NCBI GenBank assembly: GCA_048128005.1
Contig: JBEUKZ010000119.1
Span: 1-64,000 of the forward strand
Length of the DNA stretch: 64,000 bases
Source of the DNA: Veleropilina oligotropha
Lineage: Eukaryota
Direction of reading: 5' to 3'
The notes under the pieces are model-generated. The model did not search any database. It saw only the letters and a program-made list of their open reading frames with translations, and was not told the DNA's origin. The position numbers and the translations under genes were made by a program. Positions 53,351 to 64,000 of this stretch are shown here, piece by piece; the first letter of the stretch is position 1, and every line of letters begins with the position of its first letter.

Positions 53351-53998
53351 TCGTCACTAACTAATTGCGTGACGCGTTATCATTATTATTATTATATAAT
53401 ATAGTTGTGAATATGCATATATCTGTAAATTGTAAATGCATATATCTGTAAATTGCAGCATGTATATTGATGCTTCAACTTTATATTCCCTGCGCCTTGG
53501 CGTTATGGTATAGTATTCATTTTACAACATTTAGGCCTTAATAGCCAGGTAGAACTGCAAGATAAGCGTAAAGTAGGGCATTAATGCAATTGTATTGTTT
53601 CAAATGGTAGATAAACATGTATAGATGAAAAACCAGACGGTGCGACAATGTCACTGTTTATATTTGTTTATTGACGTCATTATCCACCCCCCCCCCTCCA
53701 CTCATAAATGTTGTGATTAGTCAAACCATTAAATAACCACATATGTATCATGTGTGGTGTCATATTATAGATAATTAAATGCACATCGTGAAAATAATGT
53801 TAGTACATAATTATTTTATTGCAGAATATTTATTAAATTAAATGACGTAATTAGCCACGCCCCTTTTCTTACACAAATAGGTCCTTTTGTTACCCATCAA
53901 ATATGTTTATCTTGAAAATTGAAATGGTCTTAGTCGACGTTAATGTATGTTGACGTGCTATTACTAATTTAGTAGTACTAGAACTACCACCGTATTAA

Positions 53999-54513
53999 AG
54001 ATGCTGAATCTACATTCAAATTGATGTATTGCATTGAAACATATAGCAAGTTGAAGTAGCCGCATCCAATTTTCATTGATTGCGTTATTTATTATATCAA
54101 GTTTTCGCATACATCCATTTTATAATCAGAAGCAGTCACAGTCGATAACGGCGGCCTGCCTCTATTTCTGTTGTAGACATCGGCCATGGAAACCGATATA
54201 AACAAAACTCAGACAAGGACGACCTAGAAATGACCCGGTATTTTTAGATCGCGGGGGTGATTTAGGGCGGAGCTAAGTGACATGTTGATTCAGCCAAGCC
54301 GTCGTTCATTTCCGTATACAATCGGCTCGAATTTTGAGTGCGCGCTCATAATTCCATAAAAAAATTCGAATATATATTACTAAGTGAAATTTTGTTTTGC
54401 CATGTGTGGTAATCTCTGAAACGTCCTAACTATATGCAATAAATCAATGCAGAAAGTGTAAGATAGAACAGCCTTTAAATACGTTTTAGCGATCTGAAGT
54501 AGATCGTGCATCT
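53999..54513. mobile_element. Kolobok-like non-autonomous element with TTAA TSD
   Basis: TTAA|AGATGCTGAATCTACATTCA ... TGAAGTAGATCGTGCATCT|TTAA. Confidence 0.72.
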
Positions 54514-56339
54514 TTAAATCCGTGTATGCTCTTTGCATTGATTGCTCACTTTCTTTGATTCTTTATTTGTCAAGCAACATTTTCACTGATTGTCACACTT
54601 TAAATAGGTGGCGATATCCATCCGCCTTTCCATTGTAAATCCCACCTTATGCAACCATGTTTTGCCTTTTGGTTATAAACATGGGCCCATTTCACAAATC
54701 TTTCAAATTACTATGAATGACCCACAATAGCCGTGTGGTCTCGAGTGCCGACTCTGAAATCACTGGTTGCACTGCTCCGAACAACAGTAGTGCGTACGAA
54801 TATCGGTTGGGGCAAGACTATTTTTTGTCCAGTTGTCCGAACCTGGCCGAATTTTCTGGAGACTGGGCTTTCCTCCCGTGATAATAATGAACATGTCCTG
54901 GTTTTTACATGAAGGTTGTAATTATACAAGACGTTAAGCATATATATATCAGCTATACATAGCATCACGTATAATGATACTCATAGTATACTGGGACGTA
55001 GGAAGGGGGGGGGGGGGGGGGGGGCAGAGAATAGATCTAAAAATATATCTCTCAAAAAATCTTGTGTATATAGTCCGGTGTGTTATATACTTTCGTTTTT
55101 ATTTTTTGGAGATTTGCAAAGCTATACATTTTTGGAAACATATCCAACAGAATGTGGAAACCAATGTTTGCATTTGAACCGATGCCGTTATGGCGGCCAT
55201 TTTGAATTTCAAGATGGCCGCCAGTTGGAATAATTTATATAGCATAATACAGCTACAATATCAACAAATAATTTAGTTTTAAAGTTTAAATATATATTAT
55301 CATGATGAAAACATTACATAGCATCATCTGTCAGAATAATGTACATATTACAGGACAGGTGACCGTCGTTTTATTGTGTGATATAATATAGATTTTGCAT
55401 TACATCACACAACATTAAGTAAAAAACTTACCAGCCAAAAAATGGTCAATGTTCAAGCCAATATGCAAACTAGAAATGGATATTTTGTCGTAAAACAATA
55501 CATTTAAGCATCAACAAGTATTAAGGGGAGATAACTCAAGATTGTTTATATTTTCATTAAGCATTCATTATAATTAATTATAAAGGTTAAATAAGACATA
55601 TGCTGGTGCCTTAACTATATTTCCAGAGTTAGCTCATGAATGGTGAATCCAATGGACAGTAATCACACAAAACAAACCAGCTACGATTTCTAGCAGTTGG
55701 AGAAAAGCATTCCAATATGGTACCTCGTTTCAAATGTTCCTCTACGAAATAGTTGCTTAATTACTTGATTTCAGACCAGACATGAAAAAGACCGTTGTTC
55801 TCAGACAATATAAACTTCATGCTGTCGTCACTGATCTTCGGGGTCATGGAGCGTCAAGAACTCCAGTACCAGTATAGAGGATACCTAGCTGAATGGAAGC
55901 AAGTTCTTCTTATTTGCCATCGCCGATCTTTTGATTACGCAACCGCTGCCCAGCGCTGGACAGCGATGTCGATATACAACGCGCCCCATGGAGTCGAATA
56001 TCGTTGGGCCCGTTTACAACTTAATTTCGGCCGCCGTCGAGGAGCGACGATGACTAAATATATTAATTTTAAAATTCTTAATTAGTATTGGTAATTCTTT
56101 TATTAACATTAACATTAAGTATTTTACTTTTCAGACAAAGTACAACACATACATTTAACCTGATTATTTATATCTGAATATATGATTACAACGATTATTT
56201 CATAATGTTAAATTTATATAATTAATGAATATGCTTCAAATAATTATCAGTCTGCATGTCAGCCTGACTGGGTATTGATAATTTTAATATGAATTGGAAT
56301 TGCGTATCTTGAATATGTCGCAATTTAATACAATCAATA

Positions 56340-57085
56340 TCCAACGCCGATGCATGCAACATCGTAGTACTACGACGTTGAATCAACGTTGTGTTTGTCG
56401 CGAGCTACAACGCAAAATCAACGTTGTGTTTGTAGCGAGCTACAACGCAAAATCAACGTTGTGTTTGTCGCGAGCTACAACGCAAAATCAACGTTGATCC
56501 AACGTCAAAACACAACGTTGAATCAACGGTATGTAAACTAAACGTTGTTCAACGTTGTTATGTCTTGACCTTTTTGACAAAAAAGGACAACACATTATCA
56601 AATGGTCCGTGTGTATATATACATATATACTTATATATATATATATATATATATCCGCTGATTTTCTCGAAAACTACAGAACCAATTAACCTGAAAATTG
56701 GTACACACATTCCCAAGATTATTTGTTGGTCGTGTATATAACTTTCGCGACAATTTTGCAAAAATATGCATTTATTAGCCACTTTTATGCATATTTGTAT
56801 ATAGCGTAGGTCTAATATTGCAAGCAAACAGCAATGACGTCATTACGATGTCGCTTTAGATTAATGGTAATTTGGTGACGTCACAATCGACGGGGTAGTA
56901 AATTAAGCCATGAAAGCTTGCACTTGTATAGCCATTGTAACGTTATAACTGTTATGAAAATTTGACGGAAATAAAGAAAGGTCAAGACATATTCCGAACG
57001 CGTCGTTCTTGTTATGTTGAGCAACGTCGCAACGCAAAACAACGCAAATTCAACGTTCGTTTAAACGTTGTGCGCCTGCTGGGAT
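56340..57085. mobile_element. CAACGTTG-repeat DNA element with CCCAG terminus, split by a HINE
   Basis: Three 35-bp tandem units at ~56384-56495 and many AACGTT motifs; the minus strand begins CCCAGCAGGCGCACAACGTT. Confidence 0.55.
56558..57012 (+). mobile_element. Helentron-associated non-autonomous element (HINE/DINE-1-like)
   Basis: Subterminal IRs TATGTCTTGACCTTT (56559) and AAAGGTCAAGACATA (56977), a microsatellite, and a 3' stem-loop GAACG-cgt-CGTTC followed by TTGTT; a 5'-end copy lies at ~23505-23570 (-). Confidence 0.78.
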
Positions 57086-57470
57086 ATACCTTTTCATTAT
57101 GGATTCGCATGTGGGTTCTATGGGTGCTGGGTTGTGAAAATGCCCTGTTGCACACCATGCACGGATGAGATTTATCTCTAGTATGGATGTTCATGTGATT
57201 CTTGAGATCGCCCAACTCTGCAAACTATCTACTGCAGACGCATTGATATGATTTATCTTTCGTATGAGTACGCATGCGTGTCCGTGGGGCGCCTTGATGC
57301 GACTTTGAATGATGGCAAATTGCGATTCGATATGGTTTATACGCTGTGTGAGTTCGCAAATGAATCTTCATATAATAATAACTGGTTTACGAAAATGCCT
57401 TGCCCCAAATACAACACTTGCGAGGTTTTTTTCCTCCTGCATGCGAACGCATGCGCCTCGTCGCTCATAT
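57086..57470 (-). pseudogene. Decayed C2H2 zinc-finger array
   Basis: HMNIHTRDKSHPCMVCNRAFSQPSTHRTHMRIH plus further broken fingers upstream. Confidence 0.8.
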
Positions 57471-57940
57471 ATTATTTAACCGGATCACCGCATGAAATAA
57501 ATATGGCGCTGATAGAGTATTGACATATATTTGAGTCATTTCGTCAAAGGTAAGATCGGTAACAAAAACCCTTCATACTATATTTAGCTATAGTTGCACA
57601 AGACATTACTCATTAACAAAGAACAGCGATTGTTTTATTTCATCTGTTCAATAACTTATATACGATATTGTGGCTTAAATTCACCACGTAAAAATATCAG
57701 AACACATCGGATCTCGGTCATTCTGTCATGTGCACAAATTCGCCGTCAGGATCGATATATCCCGCCCCCAAATTTTATTATTTAGGCGCCCGGGACGAGA
57801 TTTCTGGTAACCTATGATGTATGTCACCTATGCAGCCGCGCGGGTAGGAACTGGGCAAATGGAAAAGGTCATATTATGATTGTGTAATATCCATGTTTGC
57901 TACCTGGCTGCGCGGCTGCCGCGTAAATGGAAAAAAGCCT

Positions 57941-59739
57941 TAACTTGCTATTTTGCGAAACATATATTAGGAGCGAAAGAAATGTGCGAACATAAGACGT
58001 TATAAATATTTATATAATAATTATAGTTGCATTGCCCGTAAGTAGCGAAAAACGCTTTTAATTTTAAACCCTAGACCGCAAATGTATTTTTTCAACTTAG
58101 CCAAAGGTAGAAACTTTGCAATTTTTCCAAATAATTATATAGACGGGGTCCCTGGGGCGCCTGCGACGTTAAAGTCACCCAACATGACAATTTTGGGACT
58201 AAACTGAAGAGCTTGATCAATTGATAGTTCTACTAGGTCCCAATCATCAAATCTCGGATGGATATAAAACGTACACATCAGGATATGCTTATGGCCATGT
58301 TTAATATTTACCCAAATTGCCTCTAAATTTGGTATAAGGAGGTTCTTATTTTCTTTAAATGAAATATTATTTTTAACGTACATGGCGACTCCGCCTCTTT
58401 GTCTGTTTCTATCCAATCGGATAGGGTTTTGGTAGTTTGGTAGTTTAATATCGTCACCGCTAATAGTAACGTCCAACCACCTTGCGCTTATGGTTATGAC
58501 ATCATATCCCCCTAACTCCACCGCGATACGATCCAGTTTATTCGAAAGACTGGGCATTTACATGACATGCCGATAGGTTTTTTGCATATGTAGTTTCTGG
58601 TCCGGGATTTGTTTCAACGTCACCAGACATTAGTATTAGCATTATAATAATATACAATTCATTATTTTTTCAACATAAAATATATTTTTGTCGTGTGAAA
58701 AATGATATGTTTGACAGGGAGGATAATAATATTTCGTTAAGATATAAGAAGATCCAACTTCCTATATATCTATATAGGAAAATAAGTATTGCTAAGTATA
58801 TGTGTATCATATTCAAGGATTTTTTACGTTTTAATTTTGTAACTCTTGCATAAAAGCACCCAACATAGGCCATGTAACTTTATATGTCACATCCTATACA
58901 CAATTTTCCACCACCTTGGTCTTATTATGTGGGCCTCGTATTAAGTTCGGTAGAGATCTTCGTGGGTACAAGCGATACTATAATAGTCACGTACGTGGAT
59001 TACAATATGTACATTTTTGATTATAATTAGTTTTTAACAAATAATATAATTTGGTTTTGACAATGCTCCAATCAATTTTGTTGTTCAAACATGGGTTGGG
59101 GATAACAATCTTAAAAGACATACATGTTAGAAATGGAATATACAGACAAAGAAACTAATAAAATATAAAAAATCAATAATTGATACCAGGTTTGCGGTTT
59201 CATGATTTTTTTGTGTGGGAAATGCTATATTTACAAGGTACAATGGTTTTTTGTCAAGCGTTTCATTTCGTTTTGGCCATTTGTATAAATGTGCAGATCA
59301 ATAATTGTACATAAATTTGCTGCGTAATTGATGTGTTAATTATCTATGCATATTAGCATGTCGATGCAGTTTCCGTGCGTGGAATAAACACCAATATTTA
59401 CTTGGAGATAATAATGCGAGAATAGCCTTCTGGATGGGTGCCAATTGTGTCACGATCAAATGTGTACGCATTATCTCTGGCCTAATATTGGGCGCATTTC
59501 GCAGCACATAGTAATCATTTTCAAGAAATAGTACTGTAACTTGCTATTTTGCGAAACATAAATTAGGAGCGAAAGAAATGTGCGAACATAAGACGTTATA
59601 AATTTTTTTATTATAATTAAAGTTGCATTGCCCGTAAGTCGCGAAAAACGCTTTTAATTTTAAACCCTAGACCGCAAATGTATATATTCCACTTACCAAA
59701 AGTTAGAAACTTTGCAATGTTTCCAAATAATTATATAGA
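57941..59739. repeat. 203-bp direct repeats (57941-58143 and 59537-59739) flanking a LINE 5' fragment
   Basis: TAACTTGCTATTTTGCGAAAC..CCAAATAATTATATAGA occurs twice with high identity. Confidence 0.9.
58165..58660 (-). mobile_element. LINE ORF2 APE endonuclease fragment preceded by a 2A-like peptide
   Basis: YIIIMLILMSGDVETNPGP..CHVNAQS, a frameshift, then RLDRNRQRGGVAMYVK..EAIWV..MLGDFN. Confidence 0.85.
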
Positions 59740-59899
59740 GCACCTGCAAATTAATATTAAAACATGCACTTGTATACGGGATGATAGATTTGCGTAATAA
59801 ATGTCTATGGGCATATGGGTTGTTCTATGCATTGTTTTACATCCATATACTTTAGTGTTCACTATATTGATGCTGCTCCCTCATCTGCAAGTGATTTAT

Positions 59900-61430
59900 A
59901 ATATAAATAACATGTGAAATTAGTGTTTGTGGACATATAAATTTTTGTTAAAGTTGAGTGAATTTCCATTCTGTTCCAGAATTGCATACATATTCTTTGG
60001 TGATGCTTATATTGATACTGTAATACATTTTACTCTTGCAATGATATTGAATATTATTTTGTATAAATAAGAAACTTGATGTTTTTGGACATATATGTTT
60101 TGGTTAAAGTTTATATCAGAGTGATTGCGGAAGGCGGGGGATGAATCCGTTTTCTAACGGGCTCTTGTATTAAATATGCATTGATAATGGTTATATGGAT
60201 GTCACCTGATACTCTAACACTGATATTGAATGGAATTTAAAATAAATAATGCCTGAAATTGGTGTTTGTGGACATATACATTTTGGTTAAAGTTTTCGGT
60301 TAAAGATTTTCAATGGTCCCATATGTGTGGTCCCATATGTGTCCCATATATTTGCATACGTGTGCATTGGTAAAGCACTTATGGATGCCTGCTGATACTC
60401 TGGCACTGATGTTGAATGTAATTTAATAATATGTTGTAGGTAGCACCTAGATACGAACGCAGAATAGAGATTATACATAATTTTTGTTATGAAATCCGTA
60501 CCCTGCGATGTAATGTTTGCTTAATTTTGAAACACGTCTTTTATTCATAACGTCTAGTGTAAGCCGACACCCATTCCGCGACGTCGCACATTGTTGCTAC
60601 GCACATTCTCTGACGTCACTTGTTAAAAACTACACCTATTCCGCGACGTCACCCGTTGTTGCTTAGCTACGCATTTTCGCCGACGTCACAATTTTTCAAA
60701 ACATCAGAGATATGCATAGATGAGAGGATTGGGTTTATATCAATTTGTCGCGTTATTAGTGTTATTGTACTTGGATAATTTGAAGTTTAAAATCGGCCGT
60801 TGTCCCATAATTACGTTGTTTTGCATATCTCGATGGTGCGAGATTTTGGTACTCCAATAAACATAGATCAACGAGATCGAGTGGTGAACACAAAAACAAC
60901 GTCACGGTCGATAAATGGCTGACTGGAGTTTGCGCAGTGGTCAATTCGTGACCATCCGGTTCAACTTGCAAGGATATGCACAGGTGTGTATTGATATTGT
61001 AGTCATGTCCCTAATCTATAGGACGATCTTCGTTCGTTATAATTAATGCCTGAAATTGGTGTTATTGGACAATTGGACGAATATGGCTTGCTCAAGGCAC
61101 TTTTAGCATCCGTATGCATTGGTAATGGTTATATGGATGTCACCTGATACTCTGGCACTGATATCAAATGGAATTTAATAAAATAATGACTCAAATTGGT
61201 GTATTTGTTCTTTGAAAATTTGTATCACGTTTTGGGTTAAAGTTTTCAAATGGATGAATATGGCTTTCTCAAGGCCCTCTTTTTGCATCCATATGCATTG
61301 GTAATGGTTACATGGATTCCACCTGATACTCTGGCACTGATATGGATTTGAATTTAATATAAAATTGTCTAAATTTGATGTTTTTGAACTTCAAAATTTT
61401 GGTTGTTGGTTTTGGTTAAAGTTGAAATAT
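59900..61430. repeat. Diverged satellite-like array (unit roughly 170-180 bp), interrupted
   Basis: Recurring ATGCATTGGTAATGGTTATATGGATGTCACCTGATACTCTGGCACTGAT..GAAATTGGTG..TTTTGGTTAAAGTT. Confidence 0.7.
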
Positions 61431-61534
61431 GTAAATACGTGTTTGATAGTCATAAAGCTATTTGCAATGTGCGGCATCCGGTGTCTTCATCCCGGGGCAT
61501 GTCCATGTTACGGGGAACATATTTCTAGTTTGAG

Positions 61535-62190
61535 TTTGTCATCGTAGCGCCGTGCACATTTATAAACCTGCTAAGGAAATTATGTTTATGTATTAATATA
61601 TTATGTGTATATTTTCAGGTAGCTTGGGTACTAGAGTTGATACATGCTTCACTCATTCGTTGATCATCAAACAATGTTGAACTGGCTGAGAACAACACCG
61701 TTCGATCATAGTTACCGTTCAGAGTTATACACAGCGTCCAATCAGTATGTGACCAAGATTAACAATTTGTTTGGATATGGCGTGGCAACTTACGAACAGT
61801 TGGAATCGCATATAACGCTGTGAGAGTTTGCGATGTACGACATTTCTATATCTTATGTGTGAGAGTTGTGTCCTATTTAAAAAAATTGAAAACTAACTCA
61901 TTTATTTGAAAGAATATGTTGAATCAGTGTAATATTAGCAATATGCAGGCACGTAGTCTACAGTACGCAACGGATATTACATACAATATCGTAACATGCT
62001 TACGTAACGTAACATGCTTTCTCATGATTGACACTATCTGCATACCAATGACGGTATCATTATAGTTGCGTGTGCATATATCTATTATCGCTATTTATAG
62101 CAGTCTTGAATGTTGATAGTCATAGTATAGTATATATGCTACGACATTTAAGCCGTAAGGTCCATTGCCATTTTTATAATCTCATGATTG
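61535..62190 (+). pseudogene. Empty ZNF unit: promoter flank fused directly to 3' flank
   Basis: 61535-61997 matches the upstream flanks of the two ZNF genes; 62012-62190 matches the reverse complement of ~28345-28520; no fingers lie between. Confidence 0.8.
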
Positions 62191-63046
62191 ACATTGTCTG
62201 ACATGTTGGGATATTATTCAGGTCCTCCATTGTAAATTATTCGATGCAAAATGTATTCAGGGCTATTGCCTTTTCCTCGTCACGGACTGCAATTCCATCC
62301 ACTGTGTCAAATTCTGAGATTCCGGGTCTTGACTTCATCTTGATATTTGCATATTTATGAAAAATATTTTTTTTTTTTTCAAAATCAACATTTCATATCG
62401 AATTGTCTCATGGATTATCGTATTACTCTCGTTGCTCTATTCCTGTATTTGCGGTTGTTCATGTAGTCCATTTATGTAGTCTCTGGTTGACATGAATTTC
62501 CTGTATGCAGCGTATTTGGTTTTAAATTTGATATGGCTGATGTATTCCTCCATAGTGGTTTATTGATTTTATTTTGAGTTACATTTCTTTGCTGGAATAG
62601 TGCACCCAGCATATTTCCTCAATGTTTCTTCTAGTGTATTCCAATTTGCATCTGCCAAGTTTGCAGACAATAGAACAGTCCAGTCAGTTCTAGCTCATCT
62701 CATTCAGATGGGTATAGTCGCCTTTATCATTTTGGACGATTTTTGTATTTGGTCATGGTTCATCGTAATATCATATTATCCTATACATCATAACTAAGTG
62801 ATGATGACTGTTACGGATAGGTGTGTCGTAGCTTAATTCCTTCACCATGTCACATTCATTATAGGATAAGCTTCAGTATATTAGTCTGGTGTTGCCATCG
62901 GTGGTGAGTGGGTAAAAGTACGTATCTCGGATCAAGTCTAAGAACTGTGGACTCGGGGTCTTATTTGTCCCTCATGTTAACTGCTCGTTTCAGTAATTCA
63001 TTTTTTGAAGATCCTGATTTTGGCGTTGCCTTGTGTCCTCGAGTTT

Positions 63047-63179
63047 ACAGGTGGTCTTACGAAGCACGAGCGACTCCATGCTGGAGATAACCCGCATCAG
63101 TGTGCTGTGTGTAACAGTGCCTTTTCTCAGGCGCACAGACCCAGAGCGCACATGCTTTCTCATGATTGACACTATCTGG
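63047..63179 (+). pseudogene. Terminal C2H2 ZNF fragment
   Basis: HERLHAGDNPHQCAVCNSAFSQ..LRAH-like peptide; homologous to the reverse complement of 28505-28628. Confidence 0.8.
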
Positions 63180-63217
63180 CCCTTCTTGTTGATGATTGAT
63201 ATCGCTCATCATCACGG

Positions 63218-63484
63218 GGCCGCTTCGGCAGCGCAGTGGGTAGAGTGTCCACTCTAAATTCACTGGCTTGATTCCGCTAATGCGAACAGTAGTGGGTCCA
63301 ATACCTGGCTGAGGCATTGACATTTTTTCAAGTTATGAATCACAGTGGTCGGTGACTGGCCGAAGAGGGCGGGTTTACCCGGGCGACCGGGGTTTCCTCC
63401 CGCGATAACACGGACATGTCCTGCCATGAACCTCGATGTTGTAAATATACAGGACATTAAGCATCATGCCACCCTCCCTCCCTC
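63218..63484 (+). mobile_element. tRNA-derived SINE, young copy (family A)
   Basis: 11-bp TSD CATCATCACGG at 63207-63217 and 63485-63495; (CCCT)n tail. Confidence 0.87.
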
Positions 63485-64000
63485 CATCATCACGGAGTGT
63501 GAGTAACCAGCAGTTGAACATTTGGTCAGTAAGTCAGGTAAGACATATTATTGTCTTTGGAACTGTTAGTAGATTGATAGACTCATCCAGGCATCATTTT
63601 GTCCTTACCATGAAGTCCGATTTCTATTCAGATTGCATCCTGGAACTGACTTTGCTCTAACTATTTACCTCTATTGTTTCCAATTGAATTTTATGTCCAA
63701 AACAACTCCTTTGTATGTGCTTTTTAGGTCACAGAAACAGGCAGAGGTGGTAGCGTTCAGTTCCTATATTTTGTGGGCATCTTGTATTTGTAGGCTTGAT
63801 TTCAGTGAGGCATATTATGTATTGTGTACAATTCTTCCAGTTTATTTACAAACGAGTCTGTATTTCAATAAATAATTTCAAACCAAAACAAGTTCGCTTA
63901 TAACAGTGTTTTTATTTTTAGCTTACTGTTGCTCGACTCCCGTTTTGTGGATCTAGATGCTCCTTGTTTACTCTTATAAACTGTCTCCTCCGTATGTCCA

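Larger units (their letters stand above)
62220..63870 (-). mobile_element. Highly decayed CR1 LINE ORF2 (endonuclease to linker), interrupted by a ZNF fragment and a SINE
   Basis: Minus strand DSFVNKLEEL..ICLTEIKP, KGDY..RTDW, KPLW, HKYANIKMKSRPGISE..DEEKAIALN motifs. Confidence 0.6.

Noticed and set aside
63218..63320. Amber-suppressor tRNA (CTCTAAA loop)
   Set aside because: It is the head of a multi-copy SINE with TSDs; the cloverleaf stems are not maintained.

Overview
AT-rich, repeat-dense eukaryotic DNA, most likely from a marine invertebrate (inferred from the TE families present). There are no operons, rRNA, functional tRNA or CRISPR arrays. Host-type coding content is (i) a head-to-head pair of diverged intronless F-box genes, one cut by a Tc1 insertion and one with a C-terminal membrane anchor, and (ii) a birth-and-death cluster of effector-less C2H2 zinc-finger (ZNF) units that share flanks: one 13-finger ORF, one long pseudogene, several relics, and an empty unit whose coding array was deleted. 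The rest is nested TEs: CR1, L2-group, RTE and RTEX LINE fragments (one with a 2A-like GDVETNPGP peptide), tRNA-derived SINEs, Tc1, Harbinger, Kolobok-like, Sola-like, THAP and Helentron-associated elements, minisatellites and several ~140-bp hairpins. The most notable items are a hAT transposase fused to an N-terminal vertnin-type OTU protease domain with intact catalytic residues, a precise 28-bp promoter micro-inversion that distinguishes the ZNF copies, the tail-anchored F-box protein, and a set of hairpins with shared architecture. All family assignments come from motif recognition by eye, not from database searches.
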